Notes under the pieces: generated by a model
What the model saw: the letters and a program-made list of their open reading frames with translations, nothing else
Databases searched by the model: none
Told to the model about the DNA's origin: nothing
Shown here: one piece after another, positions 39,507 to 50,251 of the stretch
Position numbering within the stretch: position 1 is the first letter of the stretch
Layout of the letters: each line of letters begins with the position of its first letter
Position numbers and translations under genes: made by a program
DNA from: Candidatus Marinacidobacterales bacterium
Lineage (GTDB): Bacteria > Acidobacteriota > Vicinamibacteria > Marinacidobacterales > SMYC01
Direction of reading: 5' to 3'
Length of the DNA stretch: 64,000 nucleotides
Assembly (NCBI GenBank): GCA_965224085.1
Contig: CBDCYI010000004.1
Coordinates: 1,376,001-1,440,000 of the forward strand

Positions 39507-41099
39507 ATGAAACTTCGATCGCGGTTAGCCCGCACAGCATTGTCGTTCTTGCTGGCGTTCGGTATCGCCGGCGCACAGTCGAGCCCGTCAGGACAGTTCC
39601 AGCTCGAGGAGGCCACCATCGATGACGTTCACGCGGCCATGACGGCGGGTGCTTTGACGTGCCGCGAGCTCGTACAAGGATACTTGGACCGCATCGAAGC
39701 CTACGACAAGAAAAGTCCCTATTTGAACACCGTCCAGACGATCAACCCGCGCGCGCTCGACCTAGCCGACGAGCTGGACGCGAGCTTCGCGTCTTCAGGT
39801 TTCGTTGGCCCCCTCCACTGCATCCCGGTGCTCCTCAAGGATCAAGTCGAGACGAGTGATCTGCCGACGAGCTACGGTTCCGTGCTCTTCGAGGACTTCG
39901 TCCCGGAAAGAGACGCGACCATCGTCCTGAAGATGAAAAGCGCCGGAGCCATCATCCTAGCCAAGACCACTATGGGCGAGTTCGCTTCGCGCTATGTCGG
40001 TTCCGCTTTCGGCATGATCCGCAACGCCTACAACCCCGACCGGAATCCGAGCGGCTCCTCCGGCGGCACCGGTAGCGGCATTGCGGCCAACTTCGGCATG
40101 GTGGGCATCGGGGAAGACACGGGAGGCTCCATCCGAGGCCCGGCCGCCGTCAACAGCCTCGTCGGCTTGAGGCCGACCGTCCCGCTCGTGAGCCGTCACG
40201 GCATGATGCCGGCGACGCCGGCCACCGATACGTTGGGCCCGATGACGCGCACCGTAAGGGACGCGGCTGCACTTTTGGACGTCATCACAGGCTACGACGA
40301 GAACGACGCGCTGACGGCCTATGCTGTCGGACACGTTCCCGACTCGTACGCGAGCAGTCTTCGTGAGGACGGGCTGCGCGGGGCGCGCATCGGCGTCATT
40401 CGTGAGCCCATGGACGACAACACCGACCCCGAGACCGACGACTATAAGAAGGTTCGGGCAGTGATGGATGCCGCCATTTCCGATCTGCGCTCGTCGGGTG
40501 CCGAGGTCGTCGACCCCGTCGTGATCCCGGACATGGCATCGCTCTTCGAGAAACTGGAGAACAGCAACTTCGAGACCGAGCAGGCGATGAATGCCTATCT
40601 GGAAGAGCACACGAACGCCCCAGTAAAGACTCTTCAACAGATCCTTCTGTCGGGAAGAGTCACGCCGTGGCGAGCGAGTAGTCTGATCAAAGCGGTTGGG
40701 AGGACGACGAGCGACGCCGGCTACTTGCCAGTCTTGTTGGCCAAGGAAGAGCTGACGCTCGGCGTGATGAAGGTGATGGCGGATCACGAGCTCGACGCGC
40801 TCGTCTACGCGACATTCGATCACCAACCGAGCGTGATCGCCGCGGACGCTCTCACGAATCCTGAGACCGAAGACAAGTATGGTTTAGGCAGCAACCGGGC
40901 TCTGAGCCCCATGACGGGGTTTCCTGCGTTGACGGTGCCGGCCGGATTTACGACGGACGCGCTGCCGGTCGGCCTCGAGTTTTTGGGGCGGCCGTTTACC
41001 GAAGCGATGCTCTTGAACTTTGCCTACGCCTACGAGCAAGCGACGCGGCGTCGCAAGCCGCCGCCGCTCACGCCTCCCCTTGCAAGCGCGTCGCCGTAG
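39507..41099 (+). CDS. Amidase-signature family protein (secreted)
   Basis: GPLHCIPVLLKD, GSSGG, GEDTGGSIRGPA, GFPALTVPAG. Confidence 0.93.
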   Translation: MKLRSRLARTALSFLLAFGIAGAQSSPSGQFQLEEATIDDVHAAMTAGALTCRELVQGYLDRIEAYDKKSPYLNTVQTINPRALDLADELDASFASSGFVGPLHCIPVLLKDQVETSDLPTSYGSVLFEDFVPERDATIVLKMKSAGAIILAKTTMGEFASRYVGSAFGMIRNAYNPDRNPSGSSGGTGSGIAANFGMVGIGEDTGGSIRGPAAVNSLVGLRPTVPLVSRHGMMPATPATDTLGPMTRTVRDAAALLDVITGYDENDALTAYAVGHVPDSYASSLREDGLRGARIGVIREPMDDNTDPETDDYKKVRAVMDAAISDLRSSGAEVVDPVVIPDMASLFEKLENSNFETEQAMNAYLEEHTNAPVKTLQQILLSGRVTPWRASSLIKAVGRTTSDAGYLPVLLAKEELTLGVMKVMADHELDALVYATFDHQPSVIAADALTNPETEDKYGLGSNRALSPMTGFPALTVPAGFTTDALPVGLEFLGRPFTEAMLLNFAYAYEQATRRRKPPPLTPPLASASP

Positions 41100-41114
41100 C
41101 TCCTTCTTGATCTG

Positions 41115-42413
41115 TCAGTGTGTTGTGAGCATATCGACGGCGAAGCTCGCCAACCAGTGGGTTCCTGAATAGTCCGCTTCGTACATCGTTTCGAACCCTC
41201 GCTTTCCTTGCAGGCTAGCAAAGGATATGTAGGCCGCACGACGACGATCCCCCGGAGGCAGCGCTGCGGCGAGCCGCTTCAAAGCGGCAGCGCGCACGAA
41301 GGACAATCCGATGAGATGCGACTTGGCGCCGACGAGGCGTGTCGCGTCTTCCCGATCGCTGTCGACCACTTCCGTTTCCGCCGTGGGTCCTGAGCTCGCT
41401 GGGCTCGCCGGCTCACCTTCCGCCGGCTTTTCGATGTCCGCTTCCACTGGCAGCGCACGCGCTTCGATCACGACCGGCTCTCGCATCGGCGAGAAAGATT
41501 CGGAGTCCGGTGGTGGAAGAAAATCGTCGAGCCACGCGACGAAGGCCTCTTGTGGCAGGAGGCGGCCCATCAGCGCCGCTTCAGCGAGACAGGGCGAGAG
41601 AAAGTCCGAGCCCGACGGCTCGTAACCCACCGGGCAGTCGACGTCATCCTCGAAGAACTCACGGGCGCGGGTCGCAACGGCGGTCTTTAGATTCCCATCA
41701 CCGACGACATCAGCATATTCGAGCATATAGAGCAAAGCGAAGGCCGAATTGTTGTGCGTTCCCACACGAATCGGTCCGGGCATGTGCGACAGATATTCGA
41801 CACTCTTCTCGGCCAGGTGCGCGGCTACGGGCGACAGGTGTGTAGCCCATCGTTCCGCATCGTCATCACGAAAGCTTGCAAGCTCCACATAGAGCCTCAT
41901 CAACCATGCCCACCCATAGGGACGCTCGAATCCGGGTGAAGCCTCTTCCCTGAAAAAGCCGAGCTCTCCTTCGAGGCTTTTGGACGAAAGATGATGCTCG
42001 AGTTTCTCGCGGATGAGACCGCCGAGCGGAGCGTCGGGAAAGTCTTTGAGCACTCTCACCATCGCCCATGTGGAGTTCACGGCGGAATGCCAATCGCTAC
42101 AGCCATAGAAAGCGAGCGTGTCCTCGTAGCGTGGTTTCAAGCTACGGCTCGTCTCGTAGAGATAGGAGCGTCGCTGCGGCCGTTTGTGCGGTCGGTCGAT
42201 ACAAGAGAGGGGGAGCGCGACGAGTTGTTGCGCGATCTCTAGACTCCACTCCAGCTCGTTCGCCAGCTTGGCCATCTCGACAACGGGCGCGCCGTCGACC
42301 GTTCCGGCAATCGGCTCCGTCGGCTCGGGAACTGACGGGATCGGCTCGCAGCCCGTCAACGTGAGGTAGAAGAGGGGCGACAAGAGGAACAAGCAAAAAT
42401 AGCGCGTCCGCAT
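41115..42413 (-). CDS. DUF2891-family lipoprotein
   Basis: FYGCSDWHSAV...W, FERPYGWAW, R.GTH.NSAF, EPSG.DFLSP, Y.GTHWLASFA; lipobox LTGC. Confidence 0.88.
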   Translation of the reverse strand: MRTRYFCLFLLSPLFYLTLTGCEPIPSVPEPTEPIAGTVDGAPVVEMAKLANELEWSLEIAQQLVALPLSCIDRPHKRPQRRSYLYETSRSLKPRYEDTLAFYGCSDWHSAVNSTWAMVRVLKDFPDAPLGGLIREKLEHHLSSKSLEGELGFFREEASPGFERPYGWAWLMRLYVELASFRDDDAERWATHLSPVAAHLAEKSVEYLSHMPGPIRVGTHNNSAFALLYMLEYADVVGDGNLKTAVATRAREFFEDDVDCPVGYEPSGSDFLSPCLAEAALMGRLLPQEAFVAWLDDFLPPPDSESFSPMREPVVIEARALPVEADIEKPAEGEPASPASSGPTAETEVVDSDREDATRLVGAKSHLIGLSFVRAAALKRLAAALPPGDRRRAAYISFASLQGKRGFETMYEADYSGTHWLASFAVDMLTTH

Positions 42414-42463
42414 CGGACGCTTCTAGCCTTCAAGGGCCTTTCGTGTCAACTAGGTGAGTCTCG

Positions 42464-42565
42464 TCAAAGACCCGGATGCCGTTGATCAAACGGCGTGTCG
42501 TCCTGCAGCACTTTCGCTGCAGCCAAGAGCTTTTCCTCACCGTAGATTTGACCGACGAGCGCGAT
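42464..42565 (-). repeat. Diverged duplicate of the amidase 3' end (46052-46153)
   Basis: 102 bp with about 11 mismatches; IALVGQIYGEEKLLAAAKVLQDDTPFDQRHPGL*. Confidence 0.9.
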
Positions 42566-42598
42566 CGCGGTGGGCGTTCGCTCGTGACGATCGAAGAG

Positions 42599-42925
42599 TC
42601 AACGCAGGGAGCGTCGACTCAGGAAATCCTCGACGTCGCGGCGGCCATCGAAAACACAGTGAACGTAGACTCGTGTTTCGGAAACGAAGTATAGGATTCG
42701 GTAGGGTTTGAAGAGCACTTCACGAAACTCTCTGACGGCGACGTCTCGAAGCTCAGGCACGATACGCCCTCGCTCGGGAAACGCTTCGAGCTTGAGAATC
42801 GTTTCTTTGATGCGGTCGTACACGTAATCCGCTCGCTCCGGCGAGTCGTGATGTTCGATGTAGTCGGTGATTTCCTCGAGGTCGGTTTGCGCGTCCGCCG
42901 TGAGGAGAACTTCGTAGTCAGCCAC
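42599..42925 (-). CDS. ParE/RelE-family toxin
   Basis: AQTDLEEI.DYI, L..FPERGR.VPEL, REV...PYRILY, DGRRD. Confidence 0.92.
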   Translation of the reverse strand: MADYEVLLTADAQTDLEEITDYIEHHDSPERADYVYDRIKETILKLEAFPERGRIVPELRDVAVREFREVLFKPYRILYFVSETRVYVHCVFDGRRDVEDFLSRRSLR

Positions 42926-43199
42926 GCCGCTTCTTGCGGTTTCTCTCTATGTCTTCGAACGCCTTGCGGGCAGGCTTGACTCTTCCGTGCTCTACGGATT
43001 TCCGGCCTAGAACTGCCAGCTTCAACATGGCTATGGTTTCTTTGGCAGACTGGTAGGAATCGATATCTTGAATCACCATTTTACCTTCACCGTTGTGGGT
43101 GATGATGATGGGTTGGCGCGTTTCCGAAACCACAGCCAGAATATCGGCGGCGTTCGTTTTCATGTATGTGATTGGTTTGATGAATGCTCTCCTCGTCAT
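42918..43199 (-). CDS. Phd/YefM-family antitoxin
   Basis: IKPITYMK.NAA.I...V.ETRQP.IITHNGE; promoter TTGACA-18 bp-AATAAT at 43247-43218. Confidence 0.92.
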   Translation of the reverse strand: MTRRAFIKPITYMKTNAADILAVVSETRQPIIITHNGEGKMVIQDIDSYQSAKETIAMLKLAVLGRKSVEHGRVKPARKAFEDIERNRKKRRG

Positions 43200-43268
43200 C
43201 GCCTCTCTCCGCACCATATTATTGTCCGAATTTGGTGAACATGTCAAAGGAGCGCTTGGGCAAAAGCA

Positions 43269-45975
43269 TCATCGTCGATGCTCCGTCGTCGACGGCGGGC
43301 CGTAGTCCCAGTAGAGAAACGGCGGTAGTTTCTTTTCCTGTGGCCAGACCATGTCGAGTGTGTCTCCGTCGAAGAGCTCGCCGTTTTTCATCACGTAGCG
43401 AACCGTGTTGGTGTTGCGGATGTCATCGAGTGGGTTCTCATCGAGCACGATGAGGTCGGCGAGCATGCCTTCGCTCAGTTGTCCCAAATCGGACTGCATC
43501 CCGAATCACCCACTGCCTCTGTCGTCGATGGGGTTGCATGTACTGCTTGATCACGTCACTGCCGAGTTGTTTGTAGTGACGCACCATGGCGCGCGCATCC
43601 TCGAGGCTCTCGATCCTGGAATTTCCGGTGGTCATCGCCCGCCAGTGCTGTAGATGCGCGGCCCGAGGCTCGCGCCGCTCTCCACCATCTCGCTGTAAGC
43701 GAACGAGTCGTTGCTCGTCGACACATCACGCGTGGTCGTGACACCGTAAGCGAGGTTCGCGAAGTAGGACCAGCTGCTCTCAACGAAGACTTCGCGCGGC
43801 GGTCGCAAGTGGGCGTGCAGATCAATGAAGCCCGGTAACATCGTCTTGCCCGACACGTCAATGATGCGCGCTTCGGGCGGGATCGTCACATCACTCGAGC
43901 GTCCCACCATGGCAATGCGATTGTCAGTGACCACGACGGTGGCGTTTTCGATCACCTCCTCTCCTCGCATGGTCACGGCTCGGCCACCCCGGAGCGCGAC
44001 GGTGCCCTTGGGATAGTGGCGTGGAACACTCAGGTCGATGGTGATGACTTCGGGCTGCGGGAGTGTACCCGGCGAGACCAGTGCCAGTGCGTCATCGAGT
44101 CCGATACGGTAAAACTTGTTGGCGAAGGACCAGGCGAAGGTCTTCCCGCCGTCCTCCCAGCGGAGGTCCATCCCACCTTCGTGGGTGATCCGTCTGACGG
44201 GACCCGGGCCCGTGTCCTCTTTAATGAGGGGGACTTCGCTCGTCCTCGGAAGCGCGGCGAGGAAGATATCATCACGGACGGCAAATGCCAGCCAGCGCTC
44301 GTCGGGCGAGGGCACCGCTTCGTAGGCCTCGGCTTCGAGCTCCGCTACGGTCCTCTTGTCGGTGCCATCCAGGTTCACCGACACGAGCACCGAGCGTGCC
44401 TTTTTCTCCTCGCGCCGACTCTCCGGCTCGATTTTCGAAAGAAGGTAGATACGCCCTCCCGCCGCGTCGAAGCTCGGCTGGTTGTCGGTCGGGGCGGACG
44501 TCACGTAATGGCCACCCTCGCCCGTCGCGGAAACCCACATCAGTTGACCGGTATTTCGTGTCCAGACGTTTCGGAAGGCCGCGGCATCTTCTTTGAGGTA
44601 GGCGATCTTCTTTCCATCGGGAGAGAAGCTCGGGCGGAGATAGAATGCCGGATACTCGGTTAGTCGGCGCGGGGCGGTCTCGTCGAGGTTCATGAGCCAA
44701 AGATGCCCTCCCTCGAGGTCATCCCAGGACACGTAGGCGATAGAGTGGCCGTCGGGGGAGAACATCGGATGGAACTGACCGAAAGATTGCTCGACGAGCT
44801 GGCGCGGGCGGCCGCTCGGAAGGGGCTGAACCCAGATTTTGCTCAGAGCCGAAAAGGCCAGCTTCGAACCATCGGGTGCGCGGGTGATGGAACGGATGTT
44901 CTTCACCTGGACCGGGTCGTTGCTATGTCGGCTCTCGAAGTAAACGAAAGGGCCGAGCTCCTGTTCGACTTTGGCGCGGAAAGGCACCCTCTTCATCACG
45001 CCCGTGTCTACATCGATCCGATGGAACGTTCCGCCGGTGCTCAGGAACAGACTGGCCGCATCGGGGCCGAAAGTGTGTCGCGGCATGATGTCGAGCACAC
45101 CCGGTCGCTCGGCGTTGTCCCGGTCGATCGAATAGGCTAGCCAGCGCTCTTCGTCGGTCTCGAGGCTGCGAAGCATGAGGCCTGTCTTGGCGTCCAGGCG
45201 CACGCCGTAGACCATGAAACGGCCGTCGCGTGAGACCGCGGGACGGAAAGCGCCGTTCGGTGAGGCCGTCACCGTCGCAACGTCACCCGTCCTGAGGTCG
45301 AGTCGCTTGACCTGCCACGAGATGAAGCGGGCGAGATCGTCCGTGGGAGCTCGACCGGTGCCGCCCGCGCTCACGCGCGACGTGAAGTAGACCCACCGTC
45401 CATCCATCGGGCGAGAAGCTCGCCCCCATCGCGCCGCTCGCCTCCTCGGAGCTCGTGAGCTCCATTCCGTCACCGCCTCTGCGGTGATAGAGCCAGAGCT
45501 TTCGATCGCGGCGCGCAACGAAGTAGTCCCCGTCGGGAGACCACTCCGGCCCAGTGACCGCGTGATCCTTCTCTTTCGTGACTTGCGTCGGTTTAGCGTC
45601 CGCGTCAGCACTCGTGCCGATGTCACTATCAATGACCCAAATGTTGTCGCTTCCGCTTTGGTCGGAAACAAAGGCAATCTCGGTTCCGTCAGGCGAGAAA
45701 ACAGGCTGGATGTCGTACGCCATCCCGCTCGTGAGGCGCGTAGCTTGCCCTCCAGTGACAGGAACCGAGTACAGGTCGCCAAGCAGATCGAACACGATCG
45801 TGCTCCCATTGGGCGAGACGTCCAGGTTCATGTAGGTCCCTTCCTCGGTCTCGAACGCCACCGTGCGCTCGGGAACGAGCGTCAAGCCTTCCGGTTTTTT
45901 CGACGGATCATCCTGAGCAACGGCCAGGGCTGCCGTACCGAGTGCAGCAATAAAGACCAGACATCGACGTGTCAT
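43269..45975 (-). pseudogene. PD40/TolB-repeat plus amidohydrolase protein, frameshifted and internally deleted
   Basis: DVSP.G.TIVFDLLGDLY, repeated FSPDG, PGFIDLHAH, YGVTT.RD, G.LADLIVLDENPL; lesions near 45400, 43640 and 43500. Confidence 0.88.
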
Positions 45976-46051
45976 GATGGGTTCACTCCTGGCGAATGAT
46001 AAACGATAGGAAGTTTCGCGCGCTTTTGGCAAGGCGGGTCCGTGAGCGACG

Positions 46052-47746
46052 TCAAAGACTCGGATGACGTTGATGAAACGGCGTTTCGTCCTGCAGCGCT
46101 TTCGCGACGGTCAAGAGCTTTTCCTCACCGTAGATTTGGCCGACCAGCGCGATACCGGTCGGCGTGTCTTCCTCGGTGAAACCGTTCGGGATGGTGACGA
46201 CGGGATGCCCCGTCATACTCGTCAACGGATTGATCGAACGCCAAGGTGCGACGATGGCGTCCACGTCTTCGAATATTCTTGCCGTTTCCTCCATCAACAA
46301 TCTGCGGATGCGGTTCGCCTGCAGGTACTCGACGGCCGGGACGAGGTGCGACGCGCGGAGCTCGCCACGGTGACGCTGGCGGCGGAGATCACGATCGCGG
46401 CGATCGCGAGCAAATTCGTCGAAGCCGGTCGCCCGCTCCACGTACTCGATGAAATAAGTCAAGCGACTCCGAGGAAGCTCGACACCACGCAGCTCAAAGC
46501 CCATGCCGCGGAGCGTCTCGAGGCTCCGTCCTGCATTCGCCTTGCTTTCCTTGCTCTCTCCCGGCTGATCTTCATCGAACGCCGTTTCCAAGTAGCCGAT
46601 GCGCAGGTCACGAGGCGCTGTGCTCGCATCCCAATTGAACGGCACATTGTCGACGACAGCCAGGTCCCTACCATCCGGGCCTGCAATGGCATGGAGCACA
46701 ACGGCGCAACCTTCCACCGTGCGGCACATCGGGCCTATCTTGTCCAGGCTGTAGCCCGCCGCCATCACGCCGAAGCGGCTCACTCGACCGAAGGTCGGGC
46801 GCAATCCGGCAACGCCGCATCGGACGGCGGGCGAGAGAATCGAGCCGCCCGTATCGGTGCCGATGGCGAAGCCGACGAGCCCGGCAGCGGTTGCGGAGCC
46901 GGGGCCTGCCGAGGAGCCGCTCGACCCCTCCGCGGGGTTCCAAGGATTGTTGGTTCGTCCGCCGAACCAATTGTGACCGAACGCCAGCTCCCCCGTCGTG
47001 AGCTTCGCCACGAGGATCGCGCCCGCCGCATCCAAACGCTCTACGACGGCGGCATCCACATCGAGGACTTGATCGCGGAAGGGCTCGGCTCCCCACGTCG
47101 TCGGGTATCCCTTTGCCGCGATGATGTCCTTCGCGCCCCAAGGAATGCCGTGAAGCGGCCCCCGGTAGCGGCCGGCGGCGATCTCCGCGTCGGCCCGCCG
47201 CGCTGCTTCCCGCGCTCGATCCGCCGTCAACGTCACGACGCAGTTGAGTAGCGGGTTGAAGCGTTCGAGCCTCTCGAGATACATCTCGGTCAACTCGAGC
47301 GCGCTCACGTCGCGGCGCTCAATCAAACGCGCTAGATGCGCGACCGGCCAAAAGGCCACGTCTTCCAAGTTGCCGGGGCGGGCCACGATCGGCGACGCGC
47401 TCATCCGAAAAGGTCTCGCGCCCCGCTCGAACTGCATCCCCGGAACGACCGGGTCGAAGTAGAGCGGTGGCACCACCGCGTTATCGAGGTGGGTTTGCCG
47501 CATCTCTCGATAGTGGGCGAGGTTCTTGTTCACCTCGTCCATCATCAGTGTGTACTCCTCGTCGTTGAACTCGAGACCGGCCAATCTCGCCGCCTCGAGC
47601 ATCATCGTTTTGGTGACCCGCGTCTCGCCGGTATCATCCTGTAGACGCGCCCACAGCACACCGGGTAAAAGCGTCGCGGACAGCCCGACGCTCGAGAAGT
47701 AGGCCATGAATTGCCTGCGTGCCTTTCGTTGGTCTGGACCCATCAT
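46052..47746 (-). CDS. Amidase-signature family protein
   Basis: GPLHGIPWGAKD, GSSAG, GTDTGGSILSPA, GLRPTFGRVSR. Confidence 0.93.
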   Translation of the reverse strand: MMGPDQRKARRQFMAYFSSVGLSATLLPGVLWARLQDDTGETRVTKTMMLEAARLAGLEFNDEEYTLMMDEVNKNLAHYREMRQTHLDNAVVPPLYFDPVVPGMQFERGARPFRMSASPIVARPGNLEDVAFWPVAHLARLIERRDVSALELTEMYLERLERFNPLLNCVVTLTADRAREAARRADAEIAAGRYRGPLHGIPWGAKDIIAAKGYPTTWGAEPFRDQVLDVDAAVVERLDAAGAILVAKLTTGELAFGHNWFGGRTNNPWNPAEGSSGSSAGPGSATAAGLVGFAIGTDTGGSILSPAVRCGVAGLRPTFGRVSRFGVMAAGYSLDKIGPMCRTVEGCAVVLHAIAGPDGRDLAVVDNVPFNWDASTAPRDLRIGYLETAFDEDQPGESKESKANAGRSLETLRGMGFELRGVELPRSRLTYFIEYVERATGFDEFARDRRDRDLRRQRHRGELRASHLVPAVEYLQANRIRRLLMEETARIFEDVDAIVAPWRSINPLTSMTGHPVVTIPNGFTEEDTPTGIALVGQIYGEEKLLTVAKALQDETPFHQRHPSL

Positions 47747-47773
47747 CCAATCCCCCCTTTCCTATAACGCGGC

Positions 47774-48982
47774 TCAGCCCCGCGAAGCCATCCCGTCCCG
47801 CCGAGCTTGCCGAAACGCTTGCATCCCGGCAATGCCGTTCACGCCGCCACCCCCGTGGGTCGCGCTCGAGCCGTTATAGAGTCCGCGAATCGGCGTCCGG
47901 AAATCCGCGTAGCCGGGCGCGGGCCGCATGTGAAAGAGCTGCTCGACCGTAAGCTCACCGTGGAAGATGTTTCCTCCGATGATCCCGAGCCCCTGCTCCA
48001 TGTCGTACGGCCCGATCACTTGCCTGTCGATGACGGCCGCTTTCAGGTTCGGGGCAAGCTCGGTGTACCGATCGATGACACGATCGGCATAGGCCTCGAG
48101 CTCGTCCCGGTGCGGCGCCAAGTTCCAGTCATCCGGCACCCACTGCGTGAACATCGAAAAAACGTGCATGCCCTCCGGCGCGAGCTTCTTGTCGACGGTT
48201 GTCGGGATCGTGCCGTCCACGAACGGCACCGTGCCTCCTTGGGGGTACCCCCAGGAGCCCATGTGCCCATCACCCACATCGCCTATCGAGTGATGGAGCA
48301 AAACGTAAGCCGTCCCCGGCGAGTCCGGCCCCCCCCAAGTGCCGATGACACCGTTCGCCGCGAGCAAACCCTTCACTTCCTCGGACTCGAACCAATCACC
48401 GAGAAGGTCCGTCACGCTCATCGAGAAAAGCCGTGTCACGTCCGCAACGCCCCGCATGCCCAGCTTGCGAACCTTCCACCCCGCGTGCGCTTGATCGATA
48501 AGATCCCCGAACTTCATGGAGCCCAGCTTCGGTGGCACTTGGGTCAGAAGCGGCCCGAGAACATCCCCGACATTTTTCAACCAAGCTTCCCATTTGGGCA
48601 AAGTCACCGCGTCTTTTTTCGAGAACTGCGCAATGGAAGCGTGGCTGCGCGCGTGATCGTCCGCAAAGATCTGCAGCGAACGGCCGTCCGGAAACGCCTG
48701 ATAGTACGGACCGAGCGACGTGACGTCGTACCCGAATCTCGGAAGCTCGAGGGTGTTGATGAGGCTTGGGGGCATGAGCGACATTACGTACGAATACGTC
48801 GAGACTCTTATTTCGGGGTGGTCGGGAAACGGCGCGCTCGTGTCGGCCGCACCGCCCGTTTTGGAACGCGCCTCGAGCACGACCGTGCGTCGGCCTTCGC
48901 GCGCGAAGAAAGCTCCGCTGACAAGTCCGTTGTGACCGCCTCCGATGATGATCGCGTCGTAGCGATTGGAAGCCCTCGCCAT
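47774..48982 (-). pseudogene. Phytoene desaturase-like FAD oxidoreductase with in-frame internal deletion
   Basis: IIGGGHNGL, WGYPQGG joined directly to TVPFVDGTIP, GNIFHG, THGGGGV.G; the usual middle section appears to be missing. Confidence 0.7.
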
Positions 48983-49081
48983 CTCGACCCTCCCCGCGGC
49001 GATTGTCCCACAAGTTCCGTGGATAGTCCGCCGGACCATGGCCGTGAAGTTGGACGAACTCGTCGCCGAGCAGCCTAAAGG

Positions 49082-50218
49082 CTATTCGCTACGGACGGCG
49101 TCGGGATCCCTCTGCAACGCCCGAAGCGCAGCGCGCAGCTCGCCCATGTTCTGAAAGCGTGACGCAGGCTTCTTCGTCAAGCAGCGCCGCACAATGTCTT
49201 CGAGTCCCGGCGAGAGCCCGGGGCTGAGAGAGGGTCGATCGAGCGGGTCCGTGTGAAGGATCTGGCCGATAATGGTCGCCTGGGATTCGCCCGGAAAGGC
49301 CTTCTGCCCTGTCACCATCTCGAAGAGCACCGCTCCGAAAGAGAAGACGTCCGACCGCTGATCGACGCCACGGCTCTGGAGCTGCTCGGGCGACATATAG
49401 CGGAGTGTGCCGAGGATTTCCCCCTGGCTCGTGAGCACTGAGACCGTGACATGATCGCCGCTGTCGGCGATCTCGAACGGGAACCCCGTGGCGAGGCCGA
49501 AATCAAGGAGCTTGGAGCCCGATTCCGTAAGCATGATGTTTTCGGGCTTAAGATCGCGGTGGACGATGCCGCGCGCGTGCGCCTGCTGCAGCGCACCGGT
49601 AATCTCGATCGCAACCCTGAGGCTCTCGTCCAGGAGCAATGCCCCAGCTGCGATGCGGTCGGCCAGCGTGATCCCATCGACCAGCTCCATAGCGAGGAAG
49701 CTCATGCCGTCCTCATGTCCGAACGCGTAGAGCGTGGCGATGTTCGGGTGGTTGAGCCGCGCCAGCACCTTAGCTTCCTGCTCGAATCGCTTGAGGCGGT
49801 TCGAATCCGAACCAAACTCTCGCGGAAGCACCTTTAGCGCCACGGGCCGCCCGAGAACCGTGTCCTGGGCCTGATAGACCGCACCCATCCCACCAGAGGC
49901 GAGGTGGCGGTCGATCTCGAAATCGCCGAGGCGGTAGCCGGGGCCGATCGGGGCCTCGAGCGTTTCCGTGACGTCCGAGGCGCCCAACCGGGTATCTGAA
50001 TGGGCCGCCGCGCTGCGGGGTCGAAGGCCCAAAAGTGACGCCCACTGATCGCGCACAACATCGGGAACCATGGCCCCCTCGGTGGACGGCGCCTTCCCGT
50101 GGCCCCGTCCCGAGGACGGGCTCGAAATGCCGGGCGCGAGAAACATACCAACGGGCCGCTGGACGAGGCGCACGTCGATGTACGCCAGAGACCAGCGCAA
50201 CGCCTGAAACGCGGCCAC
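49082..50218 (-). CDS. Hanks-type Ser/Thr protein kinase (domain only; start uncertain)
   Basis: GGMGAVY, VALKVL, HPNI, HRDLKPEN, DFGLA, GT..YMSPE, DVFSFG. Confidence 0.85.
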   Translation of the reverse strand: MAAFQALRWSLAYIDVRLVQRPVGMFLAPGISSPSSGRGHGKAPSTEGAMVPDVVRDQWASLLGLRPRSAAAHSDTRLGASDVTETLEAPIGPGYRLGDFEIDRHLASGGMGAVYQAQDTVLGRPVALKVLPREFGSDSNRLKRFEQEAKVLARLNHPNIATLYAFGHEDGMSFLAMELVDGITLADRIAAGALLLDESLRVAIEITGALQQAHARGIVHRDLKPENIMLTESGSKLLDFGLATGFPFEIADSGDHVTVSVLTSQGEILGTLRYMSPEQLQSRGVDQRSDVFSFGAVLFEMVTGQKAFPGESQATIIGQILHTDPLDRPSLSPGLSPGLEDIVRRCLTKKPASRFQNMGELRAALRALQRDPDAVRSE

Positions 50219-50251
50219 GGTGGCGGTCAGGGCCCGGTGGCGGTCAGGGCC
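50218..50251. repeat. 17-bp perfect tandem duplication
   Basis: CGGTGGCGGTCAGGGCC twice (50218-50234 and 50235-50251). Confidence 0.9.

Noticed and set aside
39249-41099. Beta-lactamase-amidase fusion protein (616-aa ORF)
   Set aside because: The amidase has its own RBS, ATG (39507) and signal peptide; the upstream part is a frameshifted, truncated serine hydrolase remnant that is in frame by chance.
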